This document shows positions 13,363 through 26,290 of a stretch of DNA of 64,000 nucleotides, one piece after another. Made by a program: the position numbers and the translations under genes. The notes under the pieces were generated by a model. It was not told where the DNA came from. It saw only the letters and a list, made by a program, of their open reading frames with translations, and did not search any database. Each line of letters starts with the position of its first letter. Position 1 is the stretch's first letter. The stretch spans positions 7,541,368-7,605,367 of the forward strand of contig OZ199840.1 in NCBI GenBank assembly GCA_964304625.1. The letters run 5' to 3'. The DNA comes from Kudoa neothunni. Taxonomy: Eukaryota; Animalia; Cnidaria.

Positions 13363-15840
13363 TTAATGTTGTAACTCGGGAAATGAATGATAGGAACGAT
13401 TTTTTGAGAATTTATGTACCGCATAACCAATATATAACGTTGCAAGTATCGCAAGTAGTGTTAACGAAACAAATGTGATGCTGACATATTTGTATGGGGT
13501 GTCATTGTTGAAGATTGAGTGTGTGGTTGTCGAGCGACACGCACCATTATCACAGATACCGCGTAGTGTGGTTCCGCACTTCCATCCTACGTTTGTGGCG
13601 ACGGCGATCGCCACAACAGTAATTAAATAAATCCACACAAACCATCAAAGATTTACCATCAGGTACAAAACGTGGTTTAGACGTGCGTTGATCTAGAATA
13701 GTTTCACAATGTTGGTTGGTAGCATTGTAGCATTTGACCCAACAACTGTCATCACCTGAAGTAGTACAACTTCTTTGATTGAATTTCACACACAAACTGA
13801 CACCGCATTTCTAAAATTGAAACAGAAATCTCGATAAAATCACACACCACAAGTACCAACCTACCCCATTGCCACACAATGCCCGACCATTATCACATTC
13901 GATATGATGTTGAGTGGGTAGATGATTCACTTTACATTTGGAATTATTGCCGCTACACAGTTTATAAAATAGTTGTTATGGTGCCTCGAACAATGTCATA
14001 AATCCCACCTGCAGTAAGAATCTTTACTACATTCGTCGGCAAAGTGGCAGATGACATTCGATTTTTTGAACTGGCAAGAATCATCGCAACATGGTTGGCC
14101 TAGTCTAAAATTTATCATAAGAAATCTTCGACAGCCGAGAAATCGGTTAGTTACGAGCATACAGCACCACTAACGAACGTGCATTCTAAGGGTGCACCAG
14201 GAGGATGACAACAATGATCCTTCGAGTCGCATTGTTCGCCATCTTCAACCACTCCATTACCACAAATACTGAAGGTGGGTTCTAGTTGACATTAAATGTG
14301 TTCAATTAAAGTTGAGCAGTAAAGTTGCTTTTGGCTTATACTTTTGAAACAATTCACACCTTTTACAAACAAACATTGAGCAATAATATTGGCGCTATCT
14401 TCAGAAAATTCGGGGAGTATATACTCAGGTATCATTCCAGTTCCAGCATCCATAATGAAATATTTCATAATCAAATAATCGCCGCCACTCTTGGTTAGAC
14501 CCTTGGATAGACGACGAAGGGATTTTTTTAAATAGTTGGTATCGATAACTAGGTGGGTCAATCGTGGTGGATCTTTAAAGTTCATTACATCATGCTAACC
14601 AAACAAAGTTGGTGTTGTTAATATCAAACAACCAATTTACATCAGCACACAAAGTGTGAGCTATTTCATGGGCAATGAGGTAGGCTAAAGTTGCATGGTT
14701 GATAAAATGTCCTTTCATCAGTGAAGTTAACACAAACGATGAAGGTGTTTCACAGAGATTGCCTTGAGCTAAAAATAAAAACTCACACATATTCGTTCAA
14801 ACAACAAAACAATCGGGTTGGTGGTTGTACGTTTTGTGATCAAATCTTGAAAAGCCACACCAAGAATGTCTCCCCAATTTTCCGCAGTCAACAGCATATT
14901 CTGACAATAATGTTGTTCGTTCAACGCATATATTTCGTTTAATATTTGGAGTAATCTTTCGGGTTTATCAATATTGTTGGCGAGAGAATTATTTTTTGCA
15001 AGCTGATGCACCGATTTGATCACATACACAACCACTACAATTAAAATATCATTGATTTCAATATACATTAGCACAAATAAACATTATTAGTAATTGACTG
15101 AGAATAAATTACTGGGTCGAGTTTTTTCCCATGAAAACTGCCGTTCAAATATCGAATTCACCAGTTGAAGTGCTAATTCAACGAAATTCACTGCTTCCTG
15201 GAAACTCTTGAATTGATCAATGTACGATTCAGATAACTAAATATTTAGTCATGAGTAATTTTAATCAGAAATAGGCCGATAAATTCAAATGTTCAGTCAT
15301 ACAATAAGATTCAAATCGCAGTACACTTGATTTTTGTAGATTTGATCCATAAATTGTTTGTTCACCCTGCCATAATTTGGAGAGAATTCTCTGTAGTCAA
15401 TTTACTACAGCACCACAGCAACAACTAGTTACATATCTTTCACATAAGGAAAATGAGGAATATCTATGGAGGCCGTTTGAAGAGCTCCCTCAAACAAAAC
15501 CACCCATAAACATAAATCAACCCAGTTCCAAATCATCTCCACAAATTCCAACCAGAAATCAAATCAGGTGGACGGTTAATTTCCTATATGAAATCTATTA
15601 TGGACGAATTTGGGTTGAAGTCGTTATGCGGTTAAATGTTAATCCTGTCTTAATAACTTAATTGATATGTTTGGTACTAATCAACAACCGCCGTGATTAA
15701 AATTATCTAAGAGGTTCCAAAATATTAAAATACCTTATTTTTAAATGGGTCTAAAATGGACTGATCTTTCGGTGATAATAACAAATATCCTCAAAGGGTT
15801 GCGAATGTTACGCAATCCACCAACTAATAGCTATTGTCAT
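13363..15840 (-). CDS. ADAM10/17-like membrane metalloprotease-disintegrin (multi-exon)
   Basis: Spliced zinc motif HEIAHTLCAD|HD (intron ~14595-14640); Met-turn YFIMD; disintegrin ICGNGVVEDGEQCD...GQPCCDDSCQFK; Cys-rich region; TM segment YVSITFVSLTLLAILATLYIGYAV; short tail; stop at 13363. The start (ATG 15840) and 5' exons are tentative. Confidence 0.9.
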
Positions 15841-17298
15841 TTTTATTATGTGGTTGAGCAATCTATTATTGATATCTAATTTTACAACAAATAGATGTAT
15901 TGTTTGTATCGTTAGTTTTTAATTTCGATTGTGTGGTTTAAATAGATTGGGAATGTATTGATCGATTCCAGCGAAACAATCAAAAATAGAACTACTTATA
16001 ATAATTTCATTTGGAATTGTTGGTTCAAATTTTGCATTCTAATCTGAAAATAACTTATGGCGATTTACGTACACGTATAGCATGAAATAATGCTGAATAA
16101 GTAAGTGTTAATCTGATAATTGATTGGTTTTGATGGTCAGATTAGAATTAACAAACCAATAGCAGATCTAATAAAACTGATAATTTCCAACAAACTATAC
16201 TCATTAGAATTATTGGAGAAAAATTATAGATTTAATACTAATATTTAAGTATTAGATCAACATATCTACTTTACGTCTTCTATTTCGTTGTGCAACGTCG
16301 AATCTAATTTCTATCATGCAGTTGCAGAAGCATTGATAGTTAAATTATGTCATCTCCCTTGGGTATTTTTAGTCCGGTGGCAACATTCTACTATTGCATA
16401 TTAGAAATCACTTTAACTTAAATCGCTCAAAAACACACGCTATTAAATATTATTGAGGTATAATTCCGCATCATGATTTCTTGCTATAATTGTTTAAAAT
16501 TGAAAAATAAGACAATTTTTGAGTTAATGATCGTGCAATTTTATTACTTCAGATGAGCGCATACTGCTTAAAGTAGTTATGTACTGTATGTATTCAAGTA
16601 TAAGTCGCAGGAAGGTTTTGGAAGAATTTTTCATGATTTTAGTTGGTTCTTGTATTAGTCGCACCTTGGAAAGAAAATTTTTCAGTCTATAAATTTTTAA
16701 CAGATTAGATCAATGTTACCTAACCCTTTTGTTATCACGCCCCACTTTTTCTTGAAAAAAGGTTCCGTATCCCACCTTTCGCTAAATATTGATTTTTATA
16801 ACTTAACCGCTATCAACTTTAAATTAAGTTTCCTATCACATTAAAATTTGGAAGCGATTAACCCTCGAGGGACAGACCTAAAAAAACTCACTCGAAGAAC
16901 CAACTGGGGTCACTTTTGACCCTAGCACTTTTTCATTCTTTTAAACAGTTATATTCTAATTAGTTAGTCTAGTTATTATACTTATTGTATGTATTAAATA
17001 AAAATTAGGTGATCGGATTTCTACCACTGCTAAGTTACCACTAAATGCTTACATCGCTCCATAAACCATTATCCATGTTATTTGTATATTAATGGATATA
17101 ATATCTTAAAAAGATAGATATCACTATGTTACAACATTTCCAAGAAGATAACGATAATAATAGACCATCTATTCGAGTTTCAATGTGAACTTTAAGCATG
17201 AGACCTCGAGCATTCGATTATTACAATATCCGGTGTGGCTCGATAATACGTGTATATGCAACTGTAGATTATAATCTGATCTTTGATTATTAAACAGA

Positions 17299-18430
17299 GG
17301 GCGCCTTTCCCAACTAACTTATAATTATTCGGCTAAAGTTTACTTCAGATCAATTTGATCTGGATTAAATTTTCGTAGGTGCACGGTTTAATCCCTCAAT
17401 AAAAAAGGATGTTGAAGTTGACTATTTCTGTTCCATCTACCGAGCTTATTGATGCTGAAACAATAAAACTCCATTTCATACATTTATTAAAATATGATGA
17501 TCATTATTGCATATAAGTAGTGAGAAAGTTGGGGCTTCTAGATAGTAACCCACATTGTTGTAATGGACCTGTCTCTTTCAAGAAGTCAGCTAAGTGTTGG
17601 ATATAAATATTATTGTTCAAAATATTAAAAACAAATATCTGTTAGGATTGGTAGTTTCTTCTAACAAGGTCATCTGAAGGTATAAAAAATTTTAAAAGTC
17701 ATATTCTTGTATTCGAACGATGTATCCTCACAAAAATTTATTTTCAATGAGATGGAACTTTCATCAGAAATCATAGTCTAATAGAAATGTTTCATCCGGT
17801 ATGGCCACTCTAATTATGTTTTAAGAAATTCAAACAAAATCTGAGGAATTGGAGTAATCACCCGGATACACAAATTCTTACTTGGCCTTTGCAGGAGGAA
17901 ATATAATGTTGGGATGATTTTGTCGAATTAAGATCGTTTTATTGTTGGTGGGATCTTGGAACGTGGAAGTGTATTTAGGGAGATCACCACAGCGTGAAAT
18001 GAGGAGAACGTTTACAAGTATTATAATTCGTTGAGTCGAACAAAGTTCCATTATTTGGTCAGATTGTCTGAATGGATACAGAAGGATAGATAAAAATGAA
18101 TATTTGCATTATGTTGTAAATCATAGCCAAGAATTTGTGAGCAGAGACTTTGTAAAGACGAATTGTATTGAAGCCACCCTGAGAGCTCACAAAGGAAAAT
18201 GTTGCTGTGTTCGAACTAAGAGACCTCATTTGGCGCCTAACTACTTTTTTAAATATATATTTAAAAAATTAACGATTAAATCTTTGTAGAAACCATAAAA
18301 ACAGTAAATCATATTTGTAAACTTTAATCTCGCTTGTGCTGATTTATCTTGATTTGCACACGAAGTTTAATCCGGATTAAATTGATCTAAAGCGGTGTTT
18401 CCTTGAAAATTTTACATCCGTACCCCCATC
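17299..18430 (+). mobile_element. Decayed Merlin (IS1595/ISXO2-like) transposon
   Basis: Remnants RRKYNVG, VGGILERGS, IIWSDC and HYVVNHSQEFV...TNCIE; ~35-bp inverted repeats at ~17343-17378 and ~18358-18392. Exact ends uncertain. Confidence 0.75.
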
Positions 18431-19839
18431 CTAATTTCTGCATTCACTTCGCATCCCCTCCTCCATGTGAATGTCAAGATTTAATTATAATTTTGATTTA
18501 AATGCGACAATAATAATAACAATGAAAAATGTCTTAAAATTAAAATTTTTATTAGTTTAGTTTATATATTAACTTCAAATTTTCTCATTTACTTCTAAAA
18601 TAAATTAAAAACAAAATGTTTTGACTAACTCAATTTGCTGTGTATAGTTGAAAAAGGATGAACATTATCTTTTCACTCCTCATGACTTAACACTCAATGA
18701 TTGGAGCTATTATTCATTCCTGCTTATATATGCTAGTTTTATGTAAAGTAATAAATAATTCAAATAAATTATGTTATTATAATTATTCCAAAATATTAGG
18801 CGTAAAAAATAAATATAAACATAATACTAAACTATAAAAAGTATGGTCGCTTAAATAAACTCTTTACTTAAAGGTGAAAATTAAATGAGCCAAGTAAAAG
18901 TAGCCAATTTGTATAGTTCACAAGAAACATTATTTCAAAATCAATGGTAATTTAGTATTTATTTGATCTGGCGGTTCTCTTGCTCTAGCTTGGTTTTCAT
19001 AAGTAATTCAAAGCAGGAGATTTTGTTGGAATATGAAACATGAAAATCGTTTTCGGGGTTTAATGAATTCGGATACTTATTATTTGTATATAATGAAGTC
19101 GATGAGCTTGTTTCATATACCATCTCGTACGGAAAAACCTAGCGAATTCCTTAATCTATATTGAGTCATATTTTAATTTAAACATAGAGGCAATGGGTTA
19201 AGAAGAATTCCGAAAATTCAAAACAGATGCATTCTTAATATACCTGAATAAAATAACTAATTATTCTGTTAAAATTGACATTCATCTATTTAGATGTATA
19301 AATGAATGCTCGGATTTTTGTTGTATCGACATTTTTCAATAAAATTTAGTTAAAATTCTATCAAACGCCAGGTACAAATTCGAGCACAAAACTTAAAATG
19401 TAACATAATAATGCATATACAATTAAATGATGGATCTCAAATTTAGACAGAAGACAAAGTTTAAGCCACATCGTGGTTTTATTTTTACGAATATAGATTA
19501 TTTCTGAGTAGATAAAAATGCTGACAACCTAATTACAGCCTAAGCATATAAATATGCTATTTTGAAAGATTACAAAGTTACGATTTTACATGAAAATAGC
19601 GATAGTTAGATTTTGTAAGCTGAACAGGCCTAATATAAACTATTACTTTAATGCACTATTTCGTAGAATCAAACAGAATAAATTATCAAATCCCATTTTT
19701 TAATCGAAACCGATTGATATCAAAACAACCAGCAATATTATTGTACGCATTACGTCCTTACATGATTTAAAAAGGGACTAACGAAAATTACGAAATGAAT
19801 AAACTAAGATTAATTTCTCAATTTATTCTTGAATGACTC

Positions 19840-20240
19840 CCGCACCCCGAATGATGGCTCTTCACATCCCAAGGGGATGCGGGCACCCCCTGTAGGGAAA
19901 CACCGTTCTAGAACATCGGGAGTATTTTTGCAAATTTGGATTTAATATTCTCCTCAATTTTAAGAAATTAATTGCATTTTCTCGTGTATCAGCTCTTCGA
20001 AACAACATGTCCAAATCCATTACCGCAACTATCGTACAAGATTTGCGCACAAGATAATTCTTTTAATGTTTGTGTCCAGAATAGTACAATAATGTCGACT
20101 GATTTTGTTGACTCTTCTTTTTTATCTAAAGTAAAAATTCAATGCATGAGGTCCTTCGTTGCATTGCTTGTTGAGATCTCTTCTAAAAGATAATCTCTGG
20201 ATAATCACCATATCCGAACGGTGTTCATCGGCGCGAAACC
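19840..20240 (-). mobile_element. Second, truncated Merlin-like element (5' portion)
   Basis: ORF MDLDMLFRRADTRENAINFLKLRRILNPNLQKYSRC resembles the Merlin N-terminus; GG-starting end GGTTTCGCGCCGATG at 20240. Confidence 0.5.
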
Positions 20241-21983
20241 AAAAAATACATTCATTACGATTCGAATAATGCTCTAATACTTTTTAACCAAAATTAATGT
20301 CATTGGCTTTCTTTATAATATTTATTATGATGATATCAATGTGTAACAACTGCATTTAAATGAAATAGCGAGCACATCGCTTATTAAAAATAAAATATTT
20401 AAGTCAGTAAATACTTATTTTTCTTCATGACTTTATAATTATCAATAACATACTATAATTCAGGGATCCAGAATTTCTCAGCCCTCCTATTTAATTCAAT
20501 ATGCGACAAAAAGTCAATCTACCGAAATTAGGATAACAAATGACCCCAGTTGGTCCCACGAGGGTTAATATACACTTTTTCCTTATTAAAATCAAAACGT
20601 ATTCTATCATATTTGATTTATCGATGGACCATAAAAATTGACATCTTTAGTTCTTCACTCCGTCAAAAACAGAGCCAATTAAAACTCGTTATTATCTAAC
20701 TCGCATTAAATAAGACTTCCACGTATGCGAGTCTTATAAACCCAAAAGAAATAATCTAGGTTGAAAATTAATCAATATTATATTAGGTAAAATCAGAAAC
20801 ACAGAAGATCACGATCATAATTGAGACAAGATTGGGATTAACACCATTCCGATTCTGTTTGGGCAAAGACCAAGTTGAATGTTATTATATATTTTTACAT
20901 TATGAATCATCACTTAAAATGAGTGATATCGAAAATCCCGATATTGACTTCAAAGTGCGTCATACTGCCCAATTATCTCATCATTATCTGTCACACCATA
21001 ATCAGGATTTTTCGCGTGCCACCAGAACAGTTCATTAAACGTTTAAAAATTTTCATGCTCCACCAAAATTTGCTCATTCCCCACCGGTGGGAAACATTGG
21101 ATTAGATAATTCGGCTTAAACTAATGCAAAAAATAAAATTTATAATATCAAACAAGAAAATATTTATTTTGAGTTCATATAAAGCTAGTGGTTCTCAAAA
21201 AATAAGTTTAATATGTCAATGATTTTAGTCGATCAAATTGGAGGAAAAGTCGCTCTTCTTAAACAGACATATTCTTTGTTCGGCAGTTATGATGTCGCCG
21301 TAGATCTCATCAACCTCTTCATCGTTATTTCCTATTTTTTCATCCTCCCGAAGTATATCATCTTCGTTCCCATCCAATGAAATTGATATGCCGCATTTTT
21401 TGAATGATCATTGGATAATTTCTGAACTTATTAATTCCCAAAAATTTTCCACCAATCTACGATAGATAATGCAGGTCTTTTGAAATTTGTTGAAGCCGTC
21501 CTTTTTACCAATCCCTCCGACATTCATTTAATTCATAAATTCATTACCTCTGAACTCTACATTTAGATTAGAAATTTAACTTATTACGAACAAATTATAT
21601 ACTTTACTACCAGCTATCTTTATTTTTAAGCTTGTATAAGTCGCATGCAGATTTGAACCTTTTTTTTTAAGTGCGGCTTATACTCAAGTATATACGGTAA
21701 CTATTTTTGCATCCCCCTTGCCACCGAGAGAATTAGGTACAAGTAGTTACCTACTGTAGGAAACTAATTTGTTACTCGCATTACGAATGAACTTAATGTA
21801 TCAATAGTTTTAGTAAAATAAATTAATCATTTTTACATCTCGCTAATTCGTTACAGAAAAGTTCAAGTAGACTAAAACACAGATCATACCAATGAATTCA
21901 CATGTATTCAAACTATTTCGTATAAACAGCGTAAATCTTAGTGAAATTTAACGACAGAAATTTTTCGGTAAATTTTTATTTAA

Positions 21984-22095
21984 TCTTACCTTTGATTACA
22001 TAATTATTTATTGCATCGTTGAATGCAATAAAAACTTGGGGTCAATTTGACCCCAAAAGCACCAAGTGTATAGTCGATTTTGTGGGCTCGGAAGA
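21984..22095. mobile_element. Tiny TTAA-flanked piggyBac-type MITE relic
   Basis: TTAA at both sides, short imperfect TIR TCTTACC / CGGAAGA, internal palindrome TTGGGGTCAATTTGACCCCAA like the subterminal motif of the larger piggyBac-type elements. Confidence 0.45.
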
Positions 22096-22525
22096 TTAAT
22101 GTTGAGTTTACCAAATTGAATGATAAGTAAGCAATTTTATAGATAAAATATTGATGTAGGACTAAGTATTTTATAAAATTTATGATAAATTTATTTTGAA
22201 TATAACGAAAAAATGGTAAAAATATCTATGACGATCTTTCATAAATAAGATGGTGCGAATTCCGTTTCACTCGCTAATTGGCCGAAACCAATATGATATA
22301 AAGATTCTAACAAAGCACTGAAATCTACGTAAATTTATCCAATAATTCATTAAATGTAATGTAGGATTTTTCAACTTTTAAAGCACAAATTAGTTTTTAA
22401 ATAATCTACAATAATTACTGCACGCACAAAATACCTTATGGACATATATTTTCTGTTGCTTAGAAATAATTAGTGAGCAATCAAAAAAATTCAGAATAAG
22501 CATGATCGACCTCAAATAGAAAATT

Positions 22526-25500
22526 TGCAGTGTCTATTGGCGCCGAACATGTTAATTAGGCCATTCCTTTAGTTTCATTTCACTTAAAATAACATTTAAC
22601 AACATGATAAATACAATATAAGTATTTTTTCTAAATTCGAAGGATGTGATAGTATCAATTAAATCTGAAATTACGTAATTATATGAAAATAATCTTGTCA
22701 CCCGAATAATTGTTATTAAACAATGATTTGATATTTGCGTTTAAATTTTAGTATTAGTTTTCGAAAATTCATTTTATAAATGCGTTTGGAGTCCATAATA
22801 CCGAAAGAAGCGTGGGTACTTTAACGTGGTAATATTTGCGTAATGGACACTAGTGTAAATTATGAGAATGTTGATGCTAACGTTGTTGAGAATAACAATA
22901 TTTTAAAAGTTGGTGGCGCGTTTAACAGCTATAAAGAATTAGAGTTGAAAATTAAACAACTTGAACTAAACAACATGATCAGTTTGTCTATACTAGACTG
23001 CAAGACGATTGAAACAGCTCAAAAACGTAGTGACGGAACATTGAATCCTGATCTTAAATATTACCAAATAAAATACTGTTGCATCCACGGAGGAAAAAAC
23101 GTATATTTTTTGTGTAATTGTTGACTTTTTCTGTTGTGTGTATTTACTGATTAATTAATATATTTCATTAATTTTAAAATTTTAAATAATTTTTTAACAA
23201 ATGACTTACATATGAATTTAGCGAAAGGGGTCGTCTGGTCAATGAAATACTAGCTCTTATTTTAAAGGATGTCCAGTTTTTTTGAAGTTTTCGGCGGATA
23301 CAGGTGGCCAAAGGCTGGTATTAAGATCTCTCGATTTAGCTCATAACCACAATTCAATAATGTTCCCCAGAAAGTTTTTATCTAAAGCCATGAAATTAAA
23401 TCAGCAGGAAGTTTCTTGTATTAAACAGTTAGTGGAAGTTAACGGAAATTTTAAAGCCATTCAAGAAAAAATATTGGGAGAATATGAAAAGTTTGTTCCA
23501 ATGAAAAAGCTGGAAAACATGAAATATCCTATGAAATCACATTCAAAGACTATTGAATTTTTGATGTCACTCAAAAAGGAACGCAATGCATTTATCGAGA
23601 TTTTGCAAGATGACTCAAAATTCAAAGGATTATTTTTCCAAGATATTGATATGAAAAAATGTCTAAAAGCCTACCCCGAAATTATTTTTATAGACGCTAC
23701 CTATAAATTAATGGATTGTAGAGCACCTGTATATTTTCTGGTTGTTTTGGATGCTAGAGGTTCTAGTGAAATTGTGGCAACTGGAATATTAGTGGAAGAG
23801 ACCGAAGAAATTTTTGGATGGTTTATCGATACGTTGAAAAAACACAATCCTACAATGGAAACAGATACAAAAATATTTGACTGATAAAGATTTGGTCGAA
23901 AGAAAAGTCCTGAAAAAAAAATTCCCAAATGCTAACCTTCAGATATGCTTATATCATGTCCTCAAGTCGTTTGCTCGTGAAATTCAAGTAGAACGAATGA
24001 ACATTAGTTCTCAAGAAAAGGAGACGTCGCGTTTACACCTCCAAAATATAGCATATTCGAAAAACATCGAAGAATATGATTTTAACAAGAAAAAACTCAA
24101 AGAATGTGTCGGAGAAAATATTTATAATTATTTAAAAAAAAACTGGGACTTAATAAAAGAGGAATAAGTTACTGGTTTGAGAAGACTTGACGGGATGTTC
24201 CTAAACTTTACTAACAATAGAGTTGAGAGTTTAAATTCTAAAATCAAGCAAGTCATCCCACTTTATTCTTCATTCGAAGAGTTTTTCAAGAAATTCTTTA
24301 CCTATATCGACAGCACACGAATCGAACGTGATAATAAAGCCATCAGGGAAATGCTTAAGACTCCACAAAAAGTTTTGGATTCTGATATGGAAAAATATTT
24401 TAATCATCTAACAAAATATTCTTTTAAGTTAGTTGCAAAGGAATTTGACAAAGTGGATGTGTGGGAAATTAACGATATAGACAATGTAATGTTTTCAGAT
24501 GACGATGCGGTTTCAAATATTGAGGAATGTAATTGTCTTTTCAGAATGGGTATGAGCTTACCGTGCTGCCACATATTTTTGGAACGAAAAAAAAGCAATC
24601 TTCCCTCTTTGAAAAAAGTTTGTGTTCTAAAAGATGGACTAGAGAGTATTTCTTGAATAACTCACGACTTAAAGTAAGCGATGAACAAACCAATGGATTA
24701 TCACAAAAAGAGTTCATAACTGTAAATGTTTTTACCGAAATCCACGACAATCTATTCCGAGCAAAAAAGATTTAATCAGACTTCCAGCTTATTCAAGACC
24801 ATTTCATCAAGAGTTTCCGAAAAATCTGGTTCTGACTATGAATATTGGATAAATGAACTTAAAAAACTAGTCACATTTATTGAAAAAAATGAAAAAATTA
24901 GTATTGTTAAGCTAAATGAAGAAAATCCACCAACAATGCAAATAGATCCATCCAATGGAAAAATCAATGTGTATCCTTCTGAAAGTATTTTGTTTAATTT
25001 TTGTTGATCCATTACTTTAATTATTTAATAGGTTGTATAAGTCGAACGATAACGTCGCTATAAATAATCAGATTTCAGGTTTCACATAAGATACTTATTG
25101 TTTTATATTTGTTTCAGAATTAGTTCTTCCAATTAGAATTAAACATAAAGGCCGCCCAAAGGGATCATCTACTACAGTAATAGGAACAAAAAAATCACCC
25201 TATCACACCAAATCGTTTTTTAATCTAACAGAGAAACAAAAGATTTTGAGTAACTCTATTATTAACAGGAATGATGTAATTCTTTTCAGAAATTCTTGGT
25301 TGGTTTGTTAGTAAAGACCTCGCTGTTAAGGTTATTAATCGAAAGGTTATAATTGAGGGAAAAGACGTGGAAGTTTTGTTGGACAACATAAGTGATGGAA
25401 TACTCGATCCGAGAATTCAATTAGATAAGATATTCACTTATTTTGGAAAAGATGCTCTATTCAACCTTAAACAAATTATAAAGCAAAAAAACAACTGTTG

Positions 25501-26290
25501 GATATAGGTGCAATATCTGCAAAACAAATTTGTCAAATGGTGACTCCGCAATTGGCTGTGATATTTGTCTTGAATGGAGTCATTTTAAATGCCAATGCAT
25601 TAGCGTTAATCCAACACACAAGTATTGGTACTGCAAACGATGCAAGATGTCAGAGAATAAAAGGCAGAAAAACATTTAGCTCTCGAACAATCTATGGCTT
25701 CAAAAATAACGAAAATTTAGATAATTAATCAAAAATATAAATTTATCTATGATCTCATTCGATTTTTTTCTTTTACACGCCACACAACCGCTAAGCTAAT
25801 TTTTGTTGTAAAGTTGTCTAATATTCAATATTCCAGAAAGTAATCTATGTGAAATTATGATAAATTATTTCCATTGCTAATGTAATATTGATAGAAAATA
25901 GTTATATATTTCTTATAATTTTTGGTTCGTACTATCCAGACACCATATCTTGAATATTTGGTGCAACTCCAACGTACGGCATTCATGAAATATCGATAAT
26001 TATATTCTACGATATTTTAGGCCAGTTTGTTGGATATACAACTAAGCTTAATTACATCCTCAAGATATATTTTATTTTATGTACGCATTTAATTGTTAGT
26101 TACTATTAATCAAATAATTCCATATCTTTTCCGATATAAACAACATAAATGAACCTCATATATCTAATATCCATTTCAAAATAATTACATACATGATATA
26201 TAATTTAATAATACAATTTTAATGTTATTTTAAGTGAAATGAAACTAAAGGAATGGCCTAATTAACATGTTCGGGCCAATAGTCACTGCC
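22526..26290 (+). mobile_element. Full-length Mutator-like element (MULE)
   Basis: Near-identical ~70-bp TIRs (GCAGTG[T/A]CTATTGG..CCGAACATGTTAATTAGGCCATTCCTTTAGTTTCATTTCACTTAAAATAACATT); 9-bp TSD TAGAAAATT / TAGAAAGTT (8 of 9 match). Confidence 0.93.
22843..25679 (+). pseudogene. Intron-containing MULE transposase (FAR1-like N-domain, DDE, SWIM, AT-hook-like motif, C-terminal PHD finger), frameshifted
   Basis: IFIDATY, TDKD, CLYHVL, TNNRVESLN, SWIM CNCLFRMGMSLPCCH, KGRPKG, then CNIC..IGCDICLEWSHFKC..WYCKRC before TAG at 25677-25679. Frameshifts near 23880, ~24600 and ~25490, and a stop at 24165-24167. Confidence 0.88.

Larger units (their letters stand above)
16862..20564. mobile_element. 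Non-autonomous piggyBac-type element
   Basis: TTAA on both sides; ends CCCTCGAGGGAC / GTCCCACGAGGG, plus inverted ACCAACTGGGGTCA subterminal motifs. Removing it rejoins the host hAT MITE sequence. Confidence 0.82.
16711..21099 (+). mobile_element. hAT (Buster/Charlie-like) MITE, copy A, split by a piggyBac-type insertion
   Basis: Ends CAATGTTACCTAAC / GTGGGAAACATTG with a perfect 8-bp TSD GATTAGAT (16703-16710, 21100-21107). Internal sequence aligns by eye with 48962-49520 and with the reverse complement of 53921-57461. Confidence 0.85.
16584..21697 (-). mobile_element. pogo/Tigger-like element (deleted); outer layer of a TE nest
   Basis: Imperfect TIRs CTGTATGTATTCAAGTATAAGTCGCA and (reverse complement) CCGTATATACTTGAGTATAAGCCGCA, each with flanking TA. 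Transposase C-terminal remnant SFKKCGISISLDGNEDD at ~21360-21410. Confidence 0.8.

Noticed and set aside
14769-14789. 20-nt micro-intron in ADAM
   Set aside because: A ~60-nt intron starting at GTACAA gives the same phase and fits the local intron size.
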